NCBI RefSeq assembly: GCF_009914755.1
Contig: NC_060932.1
DNA length: 64,000 bases
From: the human T2T-CHM13v2.0 reference genome, Homo sapiens
Reading direction: 5' to 3' (one strand)
Below are positions 31,375 through 45,430 of the stretch, in pieces. Below the pieces are notes generated by a model. That model did no database searches and was not told the DNA's origin. It was given only the letters and a program-made list of their open reading frames with translations. Position 1 is the first letter of the stretch. Each line of letters starts with the position of its first letter. Position numbers and translations under genes: made by a program.

Positions 31375-31678
31375 TTTTTATTTTATTTGGAGACAGGATC
31401 TCACTCTGTCACCTAGGCAGAAGTACAGTAGAACAGTCATAGCTCACTGCAGCCTCGAGCTCCTAGATTTAAGAAATCCTCCTGCGTCAACCTCCCTTGT
31501 AGCTGGGACTATAAGCATGCATCAATACACCCTGCTATTTTTTTTAACAAGTTTTTTTGTAGAGGTGGGGTCTTGCTGTATTGTCCAGCCTGGTCTCAAA
31601 CGCCTAGGCTCAAGCAATACTCCCATTTCGGCCTACTAAAACACTAGGATTACAGGCATGAGCCACTGGCCCAGCCTA
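31375..31678 (-). mobile_element. Alu (AluJ-type, diverged)
   Basis: Reversed Alu. Confidence 0.9.
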
Positions 31679-33199
31679 CTTCATTTTTAAAAAGCACTCA
31701 ACCCCAGGCTGGCGTGAGTGTATGATAAATATTGCTTTCATCCCATGCAGTAGGTTTCTAAGGTTTTCTTTTAGCTGACTTGTCGAGTTGCAGTCCCTGC
31801 ATCTGGCACTCTAGATCAGACAAGGTCTGAACACGCTGGTGGGCCACTTGTGGCCCTCCACTCCCTGGTTTCATTCTAGCTTTATGCTCCAGTGGACCTG
31901 ATGTTCCAGCCGTAGGGTCCCAGGTCACGTCCTATGCTTTCCTGATCCCTTTGCTTTGGGTTGTGTGGCTTTGTTGGCTGGAATCTCCTGTCCCTTACTC
32001 TGACTATATGACACCCCTTTCAAAGCCTACAAAATGTCACCCCATCAATCCATCCATCATGCATTTATTGGGCATCTTCTATGTGCAAGGCACATACAGC
32101 CTACCCTGATTTGCCCTGCCACAAATAATCACACCTTTCACAAAATCACATATTGCCTTATACCTCTAACATGGAATTGATCACATTAAAGTTCACTTAA
32201 TCTTGCTAGGCTAGGCACTGTAGGGCAGATACCATTCTATTCTATTTTAATGCCTTGCACTTACAGGAGCTCATTAAATATTGGCTGAAGAAATAAATGA
32301 GTCTCAGATTGTATGTCTAGAACGTTGAAATCAGTGTTAAGATTACAGTTTAATCCTCATCACTTGAATCTAAATATTTAGTGTCTTTAGCTGATTGATT
32401 TTAATAGGAGTACCATGCACTCCCTCTTGTCTTTGTCACCTAAGGAAGGAAGGAAAGGTGTTAGGTCCTACTCTGGCCATTCAGCCCTTTCATTTACTGA
32501 GAGCCTAGATTCCAGCGTGTACTTCAGGTATGATTTTGCCTCTCTAGGGACATTGCGCTTGGTTGGAGAGGGAAGACAGGGCCACAAAAAATGAGTAACG
32601 TGACAAAGCAATGTGAGATGTGGACCAAATAAATAATGCTGGCATCGTGATCTGAAATTGTCCGTAATGAAACAGTTTGCTTTATGCTTGACTGTGTAAG
32701 ACCATAAGGGGATCTGGGTCAGAATTATCATTTTATGTCAGATTGGGTTTCTGTGAAATCCTTTTTTTTGGGAAGGGCTCAAGTAGATATTTAACAATAT
32801 CTCTTTTACATCTAAGGTGATACAGAGGTGTGGATTTGCAGTGGTCTTCTGATATCACAGTGTTACAAGGTGTCAGCCTGAAATATCTTTCTGACCTGAC
32901 ACTGAATAGAATTTTCTTAGCATTTTTTCAAACAGCCATCTGAATTCTTGAAGCTACTTATCTTGTTTGCATCCCTTTCTTCCTACTACATTCCTGGAAA
33001 ACAATTTTCAATCTGACAGTGGCAATACTTTATGTTTTCAACAAATCAGGTGCAAGTTGTTTGTTTTAATGGCTTTTCCTTATCCAGGTAGGCTCTTCGG
33101 AAACTTTGGGTGGATGAGGTCTTTATGCAGACTTCACCCTTTAAAGGACAGAAATCTCTGTTCTCTGCCTCCTCCTTCTCCTCGAGCATTTCTAGTGAC

Positions 33200-33755
33200 G
33201 GAAACTCACTACTTATCAGTGGAGATGACCTTTGCGTGTGAGATCAGATGTTCACAAACTGAAGAATGGGTTGGGCTCTCCCCAGGAAGTTGCTGGATAT
33301 GTGACTCTAGGATTAGCTAATTCAGTAGCTCAGAGATGACATTGGAAGTCCAGGTTCCCTCCATCTTTTTGCTCTGCCGTCTTCAGAATGTTAGGCTGGT
33401 TCCCTTGGTGGTTGCAAGATGCTTTCATTGTTCCTGGTCATCATTTTGAGACCTGACCATGTCCAGAGGAAGGAGAGGAGGTCTCTTCCTATATCTCTCT
33501 TTAAGAAAGAAGAAACCTTGTCCATAAGCCTGCCAGCCTTCTCCATGTCTCCTTGGCCAAACTTCATCACGTTGCTGTGCGGAAAGTTAATCCCTGGCCA
33601 GAGGAATGGGACTGCTGAGATTGACATGAGCAAATTGGAATTCATCCTGAGCCTGAGGTCAGTGCCCTTCCCCGAGGGGTGGAAAGGAATCAGGATCAGG
33701 GTCCTGTTAGCAAGGAAGAAAGGGAGAAGAGCATGTGGACGGTTCACCAATAGTG
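33200..33755. mobile_element. MLT1-type MaLR LTR relic
   Basis: ccaggttccctccatctttttgctctgcc...gtggttgcaagatg...gtctccttggcca...ctgttagcaaggaagaaaggg. Confidence 0.65.
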
Positions 33756-34859
33756 GAGGCCAAGTGGGATCTTTGCTGGGACAGTGGTTGAATGCCTCCT
33801 CCAAGGGTAGACTTAGCGATATTTCAACACCAAAGCCTCACACTGTGGTGTTACAGGATTGGAGAGGAGGAAAAGAGGTGAGCTATAGAGGAAGACTTGT
33901 AGAGTGTACAAGAGTTTAGACCCAGAAACAGAGTAGAGTGAGGGCAGGACTGGGGAGAGAGTTCAGAGGGGAGTTCGGGGTTAATTGATTCTACTTGCCC
34001 ACACGTCAGCCCTGGAAGTAAAGGCAGAGTTTCATGGGGCCCATCTCAGCTTCCGAGAGACCATGGAGCCACTGCCTGGAGATCGCTAAGAAGGTGGGAC
34101 TGATCCCTGCGGGACAGGACTGGCCGGGTGACCTCCGACGCCTCTGTTCTGTTTCGAATATTTCTAGTGTTAAATCTTTTCAGAGGATGCTGGCAGCAGC
34201 CGTGCCACTGCCTCTATTAGCAGCAGAACAAGCTACTGTGCTTACTTTTCATTTGAAGTCTCCCTTTTCACTGGAGAGGCAGCAGGATCTAGAAAAGAGA
34301 TAGGATCAGAGTGGGACACTGGAGACTTGGATTATATTCCTCCCGCTGCTGGGGGTTTACTTTGTAGCTGAGGTAAGTCACTTAACCTCACCGCATCTTT
34401 CTAGTGTGTGCAACTTGACTTATTGTCATTGAAAGCTTTTTATTCTATCTGACATTTTACACTTGTCAGTCTAGGGTTGCCTTCATGTGGGCTGGGCAGG
34501 GTGTAGTGTGTTCCTCCCGTTAGGAATGACTTTCCATGGCTGTGATGATAAAATGACAAGGTGTGAGGCTGATGAGCGTCTCCGTGTTGAAAGCCCACCT
34601 CTGCTGAAGGCTGCCATTTATGGATAACAGCGAATAGCACCCACTGTGTGCCGGGCACATCCTCGGCCCGGGCTTTGGGCTGGGTCTCATGAGTCCTTTA
34701 ATATCCAGAATGTCCTGCAGGTCAGGCCAAGTACAAGCTCTATGTTTGCCTGTAATGTGATTTTCTTTCTCAGATAACTAATTTACATTTAAGCAACTGT
34801 TCCTAAGCCAGTGAGTTGATGCATTAGCAAGAATCTGGATCAGAATTATGAATTATGCT

Positions 34860-34866
34860 TGTTTTT

Positions 34867-34897
<31 letters not shown>

Positions 34898-34916
34898 TTT
34901 TCTTTTTAAAAAAACA
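34860..34916. repeat. AT-rich near-perfect palindrome with (TA)n centre
   Basis: tgT7A11-(TA)n-T4cT5A7ca. Confidence 0.85.
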
Positions 34917-35046
34917 CAATTGAGTTCTGGTCCTATTCTTCCATGAGGGAAAGTGGGCAGCTGGCGGGACCGTGAGAGTGTCCTCCGGGGCACTCGGGCC
35001 CCCTGCCAAGGAGGAGACTTTGATTAAGAAGCTTAGAGCTTAAGTG

Positions 35047-35200
35047 AGTGATTCTCAAATTCTAGTGAGCACAACAGTCATCTGGGCAGTTGGTGGAAAT
35101 GCAGATTCCTGGGTCCCACCTGCAGACATTCTGACCCAGTAGATTTTCAGCATTCTCAGACTCCCTGAGTGACGCAAGGTAGGGCATCTGCAGGCCCTTG
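35047..35200. mobile_element. MER5A-like hAT relic
   Basis: agtgattctcaaa...aaatgcagattcctgggtcccacc. Confidence 0.65.
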
Positions 35201-35526
35201 CTCCGGCGGCAGTGGCTTCGAGCTGGGGTATGAGGAGGAAGGGGAGAGACTGGTGGAACCAGACCATTGCTGTCCCAGGGCCATGCTGACGGTCTGAAAT
35301 TGGACTCTTCAGAGGAGAGGCCTGTGGGAGGCCTGCCCGATGCTGACCAAGGCAGGGCAGAAGGGAAGCCTCATGGGAGACCATCCTATGGCGGGCATTC
35401 TTTCCTGGGCACCCCAGTGAATAATCTCCCGCTCTGGCCCCCTCCTCGTCCAGCAGTGCCCACTCCCCATTCTCCTGCCTCTGGCCAAGATCACTTAGGA
35501 GATTGGTATGAGGATTAATGCAGCCC

Positions 35527-35592
35527 ACGCATGCACAAGCACAGACATGCACACACACACACATGCACATACATACACACACACACACACAC
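35527..35592. repeat. Imperfect (CA)n
   Basis: Directly visible. Confidence 0.9.
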
Positions 35593-38500
35593 CTCTTTCA
35601 CCTCTGACAAGCGTACACTTGGCACTCTCCGTGGGCTAGGTCCCCTGCAGGAGGATGTGGGCTTCTTGAGAGCAGCAACCGCACCCCATGGCATGTGGCA
35701 ACCAGAGCAGGCACTCCAAGGACCCTGTGAGTGAGAGCACGTGCTTCGCCTGTTGCCACAGTTAGAGAGACAATGAGGCTCCCACCTAGCATGGGGGCCA
35801 CAGAGGAGGATCTGAGAGGGTGATGGGAGGAAGTCTGTGTGATGCCCACAGAGATCTGTGCCAACTGCTCTTGGGTGACAAGAAGGGGAGGTAGTGCCTG
35901 GGAGGCCAGGGAGTGCTGCAGAGGAGACCCTGGAAGGAGGAGGCGGAGGAGGAAGCCAAGGGGACGAAGGAAGGCTGGCAAAGGCTGGATGGAGGGATGA
36001 GCTGGGGGGTGGGAAACTGCAGGTGCACCTGGATGCAGGTGGTTGCGGGGCATTTACCCTGGGGATGGTGGTGCACCTTGGATGCTGTTCTTCAGCAGAT
36101 TTCTTTTTGTAGGAGTAAGGCACTGTTTTCTTAGGAGCTGACCAACTGCAAATATGTGAGGAAGACCATGGACAGTAGAGCTCTTTCCCATCGAGTGTGA
36201 GTAACCTTTCCCTTCCCTCCAAGCTGGCAGCAGTCCCACCTCCAACATAGAAAAGTATGGAGAACCTTCTCTGAGCCTTGGGAAATAGCTAAAATGTTAC
36301 TGGCAAGTGCTTCTTTCTAGAAGGGAAAAAATAGCTCCCACACATTAACTCTGAAAGCTGAAGTCTGGTAACTTATCTCAAACAGACTTGGACTGAATAA
36401 GAAATGCACCAGGCTGGTGGGTGGAGCTCTAAATTTACACCTTAATCTCATCATTAAGATCGGATAAGATGTTTCATTAGCGGTAGGTGCTATGTAAATA
36501 TGAAGTGCTTTCTGAATAAATATTTTCTTTTTTTTTCCTTCCAAAATTAGGAAATGCTCTATGGTAAATAGTGCAATTCTTAGACAGGAGAGTTTTATTT
36601 TAAAATGACGGTATAAATCATATCTGAATTCTGGGAAGTGCTAAGTGATTCAGCCTTAAAGCAATATAGTAGTTTCTATTTGTGCCCTGGAAAGTCAAGC
36701 ATGGCTGAAATCGTATGTGGCAAATTGCTCAGAATTACCGGGAGCAGTGTACGCAGATGGCGTTCTGACCAGATTTCCAACTCTCTTGGTTTGGTAGATA
36801 TCAGTGGTTGAAGTCATAACCTAATTAGGTCAGTAAGCACTGTTTGTGGATAAACCAAACTGTGGGAAGTCCGATCTGGAAGATACCCAGGCAATCACAC
36901 AGTGGAACTTAGTGTATCATTGTGGAAACTGAGGCTTAGAGGAAAGTATCCAAAGCCATGCGGTTGTGGATGGGGCAGACACAGGGCTGGAAGCCAGGAC
37001 TTAGGGATTCCCATTTAGGATCCCTTTTTCTCCAGATTCCTAATGTTTTTCTTTTAATGTTACTTATTATAAAAATAATATAGTATTAAAGGAGTTTTTT
37101 TTTTTAACGAAACAGCAAACTTACAATCTGTCTCAAGAACTTTATTCATTTCTGCATTTCCTTGCAAAAATTTAAAACATGTAATCATAGTGGGCATACA
37201 GTTCCATGTTCTCTTTCTTAATACATTCAAATCACTTCCTGATATGGTGGTGTGCTTTTGACAGTTACTTTTACAGCAGCTTTCCAGATCTCTTATTGAT
37301 ACTAAGCATTCCCTTCCTATTGGACACTTAGATCGCTTTCAGATTTTTTGACTTTTACGTATAATTGTGAGATAAATATGCATTTGGCTTTTTCTCTATG
37401 AACTCATTCCTGTCCTCTCTCCTCATTGAAGCATCCCCAGGCCCCCCAAGGGGAAACCCAGCCCAGCACTGGTGAAGTTTTGCATTCCGAAAATGCAAAA
37501 CTTGAAGCGGGGAATAGCTCAACGGGGGGTGTAATAAAAAGAGAATCCGGTCCCACATGAGGATGCAGCCACCTGTCAAGTCCCAGGGGCGATCGGTGTG
37601 AGGGCGCAGTGGTGACATTCCCTGACAGGTGGCTCCCAGCTGCCTTTCAGGTTGTGCATCCCCAGAGCTTTCCTTGTAATCTGGGGAAAATTGCACCGTG
37701 GGTCGGTGTATGGGGAGGTAGGGGAACAGGAGGCATTCCCATTCCTTCCTCACTCCTGTAAGGCCTTCCAGGGAGTCACTGAACTCCAAGTGGTGCGACT
37801 AGGTGAATGTGCTGAGCCATGTGTGTGGTGGATAATGGCAGTGTGCAGAGGAGCCCCACGGGCACTTTGAAGTGCTGGGCTCCCACTGGCTGCCGAGACT
37901 CGGAGAGGGAGGCTTGGAGAGTGGCCTAGTTCTGCAGCAGCCCCCGAGTTCCAGAGGAGACTCACAGGATCAGAAACCTCAGGGCAGGAGGATTCTAAAG
38001 CACACGGAGTGCTGTGCGCTGCCTGTGCAGAAAGGGCTGGGAAGGTGAGGCAGGGAGGAAGCCCTGCCTAGGGCTACCTGGCCGCAGCAGCTATAAAGAC
38101 GAGAAATAAATACAGAAATAGAAATAATAGAAATACTTGAGGCCACTGCCTGGGACTCCACTTTCCTGCTCTTGGGCTTGTCTTCAGTTCTGCAACCATG
38201 AGACGTCAGAGCTTTAACATCACTCAGTCTCCTGCTCAGGAGAGTGTTCGAGGACGGCCCAAAGGCCCAGCCCAGTGGCCAGGCTCTGTCAAACCTGAGC
38301 CGTGTCCCAGTTAAAAGGAACTGAGGAAAGCCAGGGTCCTAAGGGCAGAAGGGTGACTTTGGGGACTGCTGTTGGGACAGAGGACTCTTGTTTGACTTTC
38401 TCCCAGGCTGCAGGCTGAATCCCCCATTATTTGGAGGAGGAGGAGCCAGGTGGTCCGCCACCTCAAAGAAGCATGTAACCTAGTCAGAAGGACAGACAAG

Positions 38501-41009
38501 ACCGTCAGAGACAACGCAAGAACACCAGAGGCAAGCTGGGTCTGGCCACTCTGTGGCTTATGCAGGCCTCTCTGGGCACTGTTTGCCCGGTGAAGCTGCC
38601 AACCTCTTTGGAGAGGAGAATAGAGATATTATCTCAGCTGAGGTTTACCAGCTGTCTTAACCAAGCCCTTCCAAAATTGACCAACTCTTGCTCCCACATT
38701 CGTAACGGGGTGCAAAGTGATTGCACATGATATTGAGCCCCACGTAGACTTTGGGAGATGTTCCAGACTCCTGGTTCTTAGCAAGATGGTAAAGAGTGGA
38801 GCTGGGCTTCAGAGATGCCCCCCGAACAAACAGGAGAGGACCACCTTTTCTATGTACAGAGCAGAAATTGGCTCCTTGAATTTCCTCTGCCCAGGTCACA
38901 GCTCCTCACCCGACGGCAGCATCTTCTGGCAGTGGAAGGAGGTGAGTCTCTGTCTGCAAAGCCTACACCAGCCTGGTCTGACTGCTAGCTCCCCTCCAAC
39001 TGGCACCCTTGGGCATGCACTTCCTTCCAGGTCTCAGGCGAGAGGGTAGGCAGACAAGAGCATCCTCCAGTGGGAACAGAACCGTGAACCACCCACTGCC
39101 TGTCGGGCTGGTTGGCATCCAGTCCCACCTCGAGGGGCAAGGACCATTTTCCTTTGTTGTCTTTGACACAGGCCAAGAGGCAGCAGCCCAAGTGACACCA
39201 GGGAAACAGTGGAAATTCCACTGATTCCTAATGAACACTTGCAGAATAAGCCTCTGACTGACTAGTGCACATTAAAGCTTCTCTCTCTCTCTCCACTGAA
39301 CTGACAGAGACTATTCTTGTTTACATCTCCTTTGGTTGTAAGTTTCCCTTTCAACTTGATGATCAGAACTTGGAGTCAGAGCCGTGGGGAAAGGAAGAAG
39401 AATTCAGGCTGAGTGAAGTTACTGCCGAGGACTTGTCCAGACCTGCTGGTGTGGGAATTTCCTGAGATGGAAGAGCCCCAGGAGAGGAAGCAAGGCAGAT
39501 GCATTTAATTTCTCGATTAAAATGAATTAAATGTCCACATTTTGATGTGTGATCAAATCACATTTGAAACACACTGGGCCAAATATATTTGTGATGAACT
39601 GTCGTGCAGATAATGAAAATCATTTCAATAAAATTCTCATCCGTGCTAAGACCTTAATCAAGGGATAACCTATTTGACATTGGATGACAGATAACTGTGT
39701 AATTCTACCCCTGCAGGAACAGATTCATTCCATATGAGTGTTTAATGCATTAGGAAGCCGAGGTCAAGCTAAAGGTAAAGTCCATCTGCTGGATTTTCCT
39801 GGTACCTTCTAGTTTTCTGTGGAAGCAACAGTTTTCACAGAGGGATTTTAGTGCTTTTCTTAAGTATCCTTACTTTTCTCAGAATCCGGCTTTAGCAAAA
39901 TCATGCCATTTTGAGGTAGACGGCTTCTTGCAGTCCTTAGAACAGTATGTTGCTGCTACCTAAAGTTAATGGTTTCACCTTTATTGAAAGTTATGCAGTG
40001 GAGGTCTTTGTCCCAAATAACTACAGACCTTTGAGTTTTCTTCTTGATTATTTGCCATTGATATGTCCTGTGAATTTTTTTCTCCTTGTCATACGGATCT
40101 TCTTTTGTGATCCACAGTTTTCACGTGTGTACAGTGGAGGTGATAATATCTCTATTCTCCTCTCCAAAGAGGTTGGCAGCTTCGACCGGCAAACAGTGCC
40201 CAGAGAGGCCTGCATAAGCCACAGAGTGGCCAGACCCAGCTTGTCTCTGGTGTTCTTGCGTTGTCTCTGACGGTAGTGTCCTTCTGACTAGGTTACATGC
40301 TTCTTTGAGGTGGTGGACCACCTGGCTCCTCCTCCTCCGAATTATTTCCTAGCGTAAGCCAGTGCTCAACAGAGACCTCTTGGCCTACTGGCTGGACAGA
40401 AGTAGGCTGTGAAGGTGGCTTTGGAGGCCACCTGGGGGGCCTGCCCAGACTGTCACTGTGATGATGAACTGGGGACAGACTCACAGCAGTGGCAAGTGTT
40501 GACTTTACATCTCCAAAGTTTTGATTATCACTGTCTGCTGTTTAGAGAACAAGAAATAGATAAATAGTTAAATTTCTACAATGAGCCCAATAATCAGGTC
40601 AGAGGAATTGCAGAAGATATCTCTTTTGACATGTACTGATCTCTTTTTTTTTTCTCCTTCCCCACCCTGTTTCTAAAGCCTGTCCTTTCTTATAAAAAGA
40701 CACCTCCCTGATTTGGCATAGGCTATAGCTTGGACAAATTGTGTGAGAAGAGATCTCTCTGTGTTCGTTTGCTTGAAGCTCTCTGATTATGGGGACTTAA
40801 TGACTAGGGGAGCCCAGGGTTTTCTCTTAAGGCAAAGGACCAAAAGTCTGTGTCATCTAAGAAAATTCAAGTGGGTGTGTTTTTTTTTTTCTTGCTTTCT
40901 GAGGTGGGTCTCTGCAAAGAGTTTAGTGAATTGCTCACTCGAAAAATGGACTGATCTCAAGCATGCACCCTTGTTTAGAGGTGTTTGGGGACCTTTTATG
41001 ATTATTTTA

Positions 41010-41355
41010 TTTTTCAACTTTATTTCATTTATTTATGTATTTATGTATTTATTTATTTATTTTTTGAGATGAGGTCTCACTCTGTTGCCCAGGTTGGAGT
41101 GCAGTGGTACAATCATGGCTTACTTGCAGCCTCGAACTCCTGGGTTCAAGTGATCCTCCTGCCTCAGCCTTCTGAGTGGCTGGGTCTACAGGTGCATGCC
41201 ACCATGCCAGCTAATTTTTTAAAACTTTTTTGTAGAGATGACAAGGGGTCTCCTTATATTGCCCAGGCTGGTCTCAAACTCCTGGCCTTAAGCAATCTTG
41301 CCACATTGGCCTCCCAAAGTGCTAGAATAAGAGGCATGAACCACCGTGCCTGGTC
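41010..41355 (-). mobile_element. AluJ-type with (TTTA)n tail
   Basis: Reversed Alu. Confidence 0.92.
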
Positions 41356-43854
41356 CCTTATTGGTTTATCACAACAACGTTACCTGGTCTTTCTAACACA
41401 ATTCCAAGAAGTACATAAAGTGAAACCAATATTCTTTCTTCCTTGCCCCTTTTCCTGATGCCATTTCCTTTTTCCCCTTCCAGAGGCGACAGCTACTAAC
41501 AATTGGTGCAGTGTAGACTTCCAAATGATCTTATGTGGATGCTGCATCAAAACCATATGCAGATAGACAGATTTTATTTTACAAAAATGGGATAATAGTC
41601 ACTATATTGTTCTACAATTTGCTTTATCCACTGTGGACAGTTCTTAAGTCAGAAATAGAATTCTGCTTCTTTATTTTTAAAAGCTGCACTTACTCTATTG
41701 TTCAGCATACTTTAATGCGCCAAAATGTGTTCATTTATTCCCCAATTGATACAGTTAGGTCATCTCTCATTCCCTGCCTCTGACACACACACTTCCTCTT
41801 GCCATTGCAGACAAGCCAGGAGACACACACAGAGCTCTGCCCCCTGGTATCTCCTGCCCAGAGGCCACTTTTTCATGGGAAGAAGGAGGTGTTTCCTCCC
41901 TGGGAGCAGGTGGCTAGGGATCTGCACTCTGTTCTCCTGCACAGCCTTCTGCCTAGGAGGGGCAGAATTCAGGTTGCAGAAGGGTTGGGGTTCTTATGGC
42001 CCTGCAGCGCCCTGTTCCTCTAGTCTTGCTCCTTCTTCCTCGCCCCGGAGTGGTCCTGAGGTGACCCAGGTCCCCTTTGCCTTGGCCATTGGAAGATGTG
42101 TTTGGCCATCAGCCTAAGTTGGCTGAAATTGACGGCTCATGAGGATGAGGCCTCTGGCCCCCCTTGGGAGGCCTTGCTTGCCATGGGAGGGTATGTCCAC
42201 TCTTCTCCTATGGTGCTGAGACTGGAGGCCTGTGGGGCTGGATGGGTTGGCGTCACTGTCCTCTCTCGTCATTCTGGGCCTACCCAGAATTTCCTAACGG
42301 GTCCTGAAGGCCAACTGCTAGCACCTTCCTGGACTGCTGCTGAGCCCAGCCTTCGTGCTGTCATGGGGGGCCTCCATCAAGCACCCTCTTGTCTTGAGAC
42401 TCGCAGGAAGGGAGCCACAACCCTCAGGTCCTGTCAAGGCTGCCACTCTCACACCCCATTGCACTTCCTTCCCCAAATCCTCTCTTCCTTAGGACTCAAG
42501 GATTCACCAGTGACCTCAAGGTTCCTGGCAGATGGGAAGAAGCCTTGCCTCACGTGGGGTCAGCAGCACGTGGAATAGTGGGGAACACACAGGCAGAATG
42601 GCAGACGGTACCTGGTGGATCCCAGCACCAGTATTTAAAAGCTGCGTGCCAGCATGAATATTTGAAAGCTGTGTGTTCTTGGGCAAGTGGCAGGAGCTCT
42701 CTGGGTCTCATTTCTCTGTAAGACAACATCCCTTAGACTCATGGTGCCAATTGAAGTTGACAATGTCGATAAAGTCTCGGGGCACACAGTGAGAAATTCA
42801 ATAAGTGTCAGTTCTTCTTTCCCTCTGGAGTTCCTTCCCCTACTTCATCCTTCCAAATGAAATTTTAAAAATAGGTCTGTCTTCCCAGTACACTCCATGA
42901 GACTGAATAAATCCTAGAGTCAGGCACCAAGAGAGGCTGCAGAGTATGTTTTCCCAGAGGGCTTTAACAGCGCCACTGTCGGAAGTGGTTTGGGGTCAGG
43001 CTCAAGGTCAGCATTGAGGTCCTTCCATGGAGGGTCAGTGCTTGTCAGGTCTGCCCACCCAGAACCTCCCCTGCCCAGCAGGGCCAGCCCGGCGGCCAGT
43101 GCAGGTAGACACCGGGAGGCTGCTCCCGGATTGAGCCTCTCTTCTGTGGATCCCCTGGGTCCCCGGTCTGATGAGCGTGCCAGGGTCCCCCTCTTGTGAC
43201 TACAGCAGCAGCAGACTCCATTTCTGCTGACACAGATTGGAGCGGTTGCCATGGGGACCAGAAACTGTGCCCAGATGCATTCTTGCAGCTGGGAAGACAG
43301 GATGGGACTCCTCCTGGAGAGGCTGGAGGGTTCCCACTTAATAAGAGGGAGCTGGGCGGGGAAACAGCCACAGGCTCCTTCCTCAGCTGTTCAGCAGCTT
43401 CAGCCAAAGACCAAAGGGAGTCCAGGCCTCGAGGGTCACCTCCTCCTGGAGATTTACAGGGCCCAGTCTGGTGCACAGTGAAGCATCAGGCCTTTGCCTG
43501 ACCCTGAGCCACCAGCTTTCTCCCATGCCCTCCTCCTTGAGTGAGCTGCATGTAGAGAGGAACTGTTCACTGAGGGCCACAGTCTCATACTCAAAGTGCT
43601 TGAGACTCCACGTAAGGGAGATGACCTCACAGAGCGCCCCAGGGCTGCAGGCACCCCATGTGACCCTGCAGCCACTCTCAGGAGGGGCCATGAGTGTCCA
43701 CACTTTCTGGATGGTGCTTGAAAAAATGAAATGAGTCTCCCAAGGCCACACAGGTAAAGAGGCCACGCTGAGGCTTTGGACCCCAAAGCCACTGCACGCT
43801 GCTGCTTGGGCTTCCCGGCAGCTGGACACAATGCTTTATGCTTGTGGTTTTTCT

Positions 43855-44138
43855 TAGAGACAGAGTCTTGCTCTGTTGCCCAGGCTGGAGGGCAGTGGTG
43901 TGATCATGGCTCACTGTAGCCTCAAACTCCTGAGGCTCAAGTGATCCTTCTGCCTCAGCCTCTTGAGTAGCTTGGGACTACAGGCATGTGCCACCATGCC
44001 CAGCTAATTTTAATTTTTTTGTAGAGATGGGGTCTCACTGTGCTTCCTAGGCTTGTCTCAAACACCTGGGCTCAAGCAATCCTCATGCCTCAGCCTCCAA
44101 AGTGCTGGGATTACACGCATGAGCCACCGCGCTCAGCC
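43855..44138 (-). mobile_element. Alu (AluJ-type)
   Basis: Reversed Alu. Confidence 0.92.
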
Positions 44139-44639
44139 AGCTCTCCATGCTTTGAATGGACGAAGGAATCAAACTATTACTTGTAAAGGCCTGAACTTTC
44201 TTGTCCTTGGGATTCAAGGTAGCAGTGGGCACGGGACTGCCTGTCCTCTGCGGGCCCAGAGTTGGCCAGGCCACTCCAAGGAGGCTGCCATCGCTGCCTG
44301 CGCTGGCTGAGGCCCCGGATCCTGGCTGGACTCAGCTGGACCCTTCCTTACTGTCCTCTGTGGCTTTCTTCGGGGCCTGCCCTGTGCTGGGGGCGCTTTG
44401 CTACTGTGTCATTATTAGGTATTGGCATCAATTTATAGGTTAGAAAATTGAAATTTAGAGAGATGAAGGAGGCTGAGGTCGCACAGCTCACGAGACTCTC
44501 ACCTAGTCCCTGGCCTGACTCCAGGCCTTGGGTTCTTCTAGTGCCTCATGGCGTCACTGCTCCTCTGCTGATGGGGTAAGGGTCAGGCTGGGACCCAACA
44601 GGCAGGAAATATGGATTCAAGTCACGATCGTAAAATATG

Positions 44640-45430
<791 letters not shown>

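Noticed and set aside
33391-33919. Overlapping antiparallel ORFs of 137 and 166 aa
   Set aside because: Lie in an MLT1-like LTR relic; no recognisable domain
35515-36222. 235-aa Pro/Ser-rich ORF
   Set aside because: Built from a GA-rich low-complexity tract and (TG)n; no homology recognised
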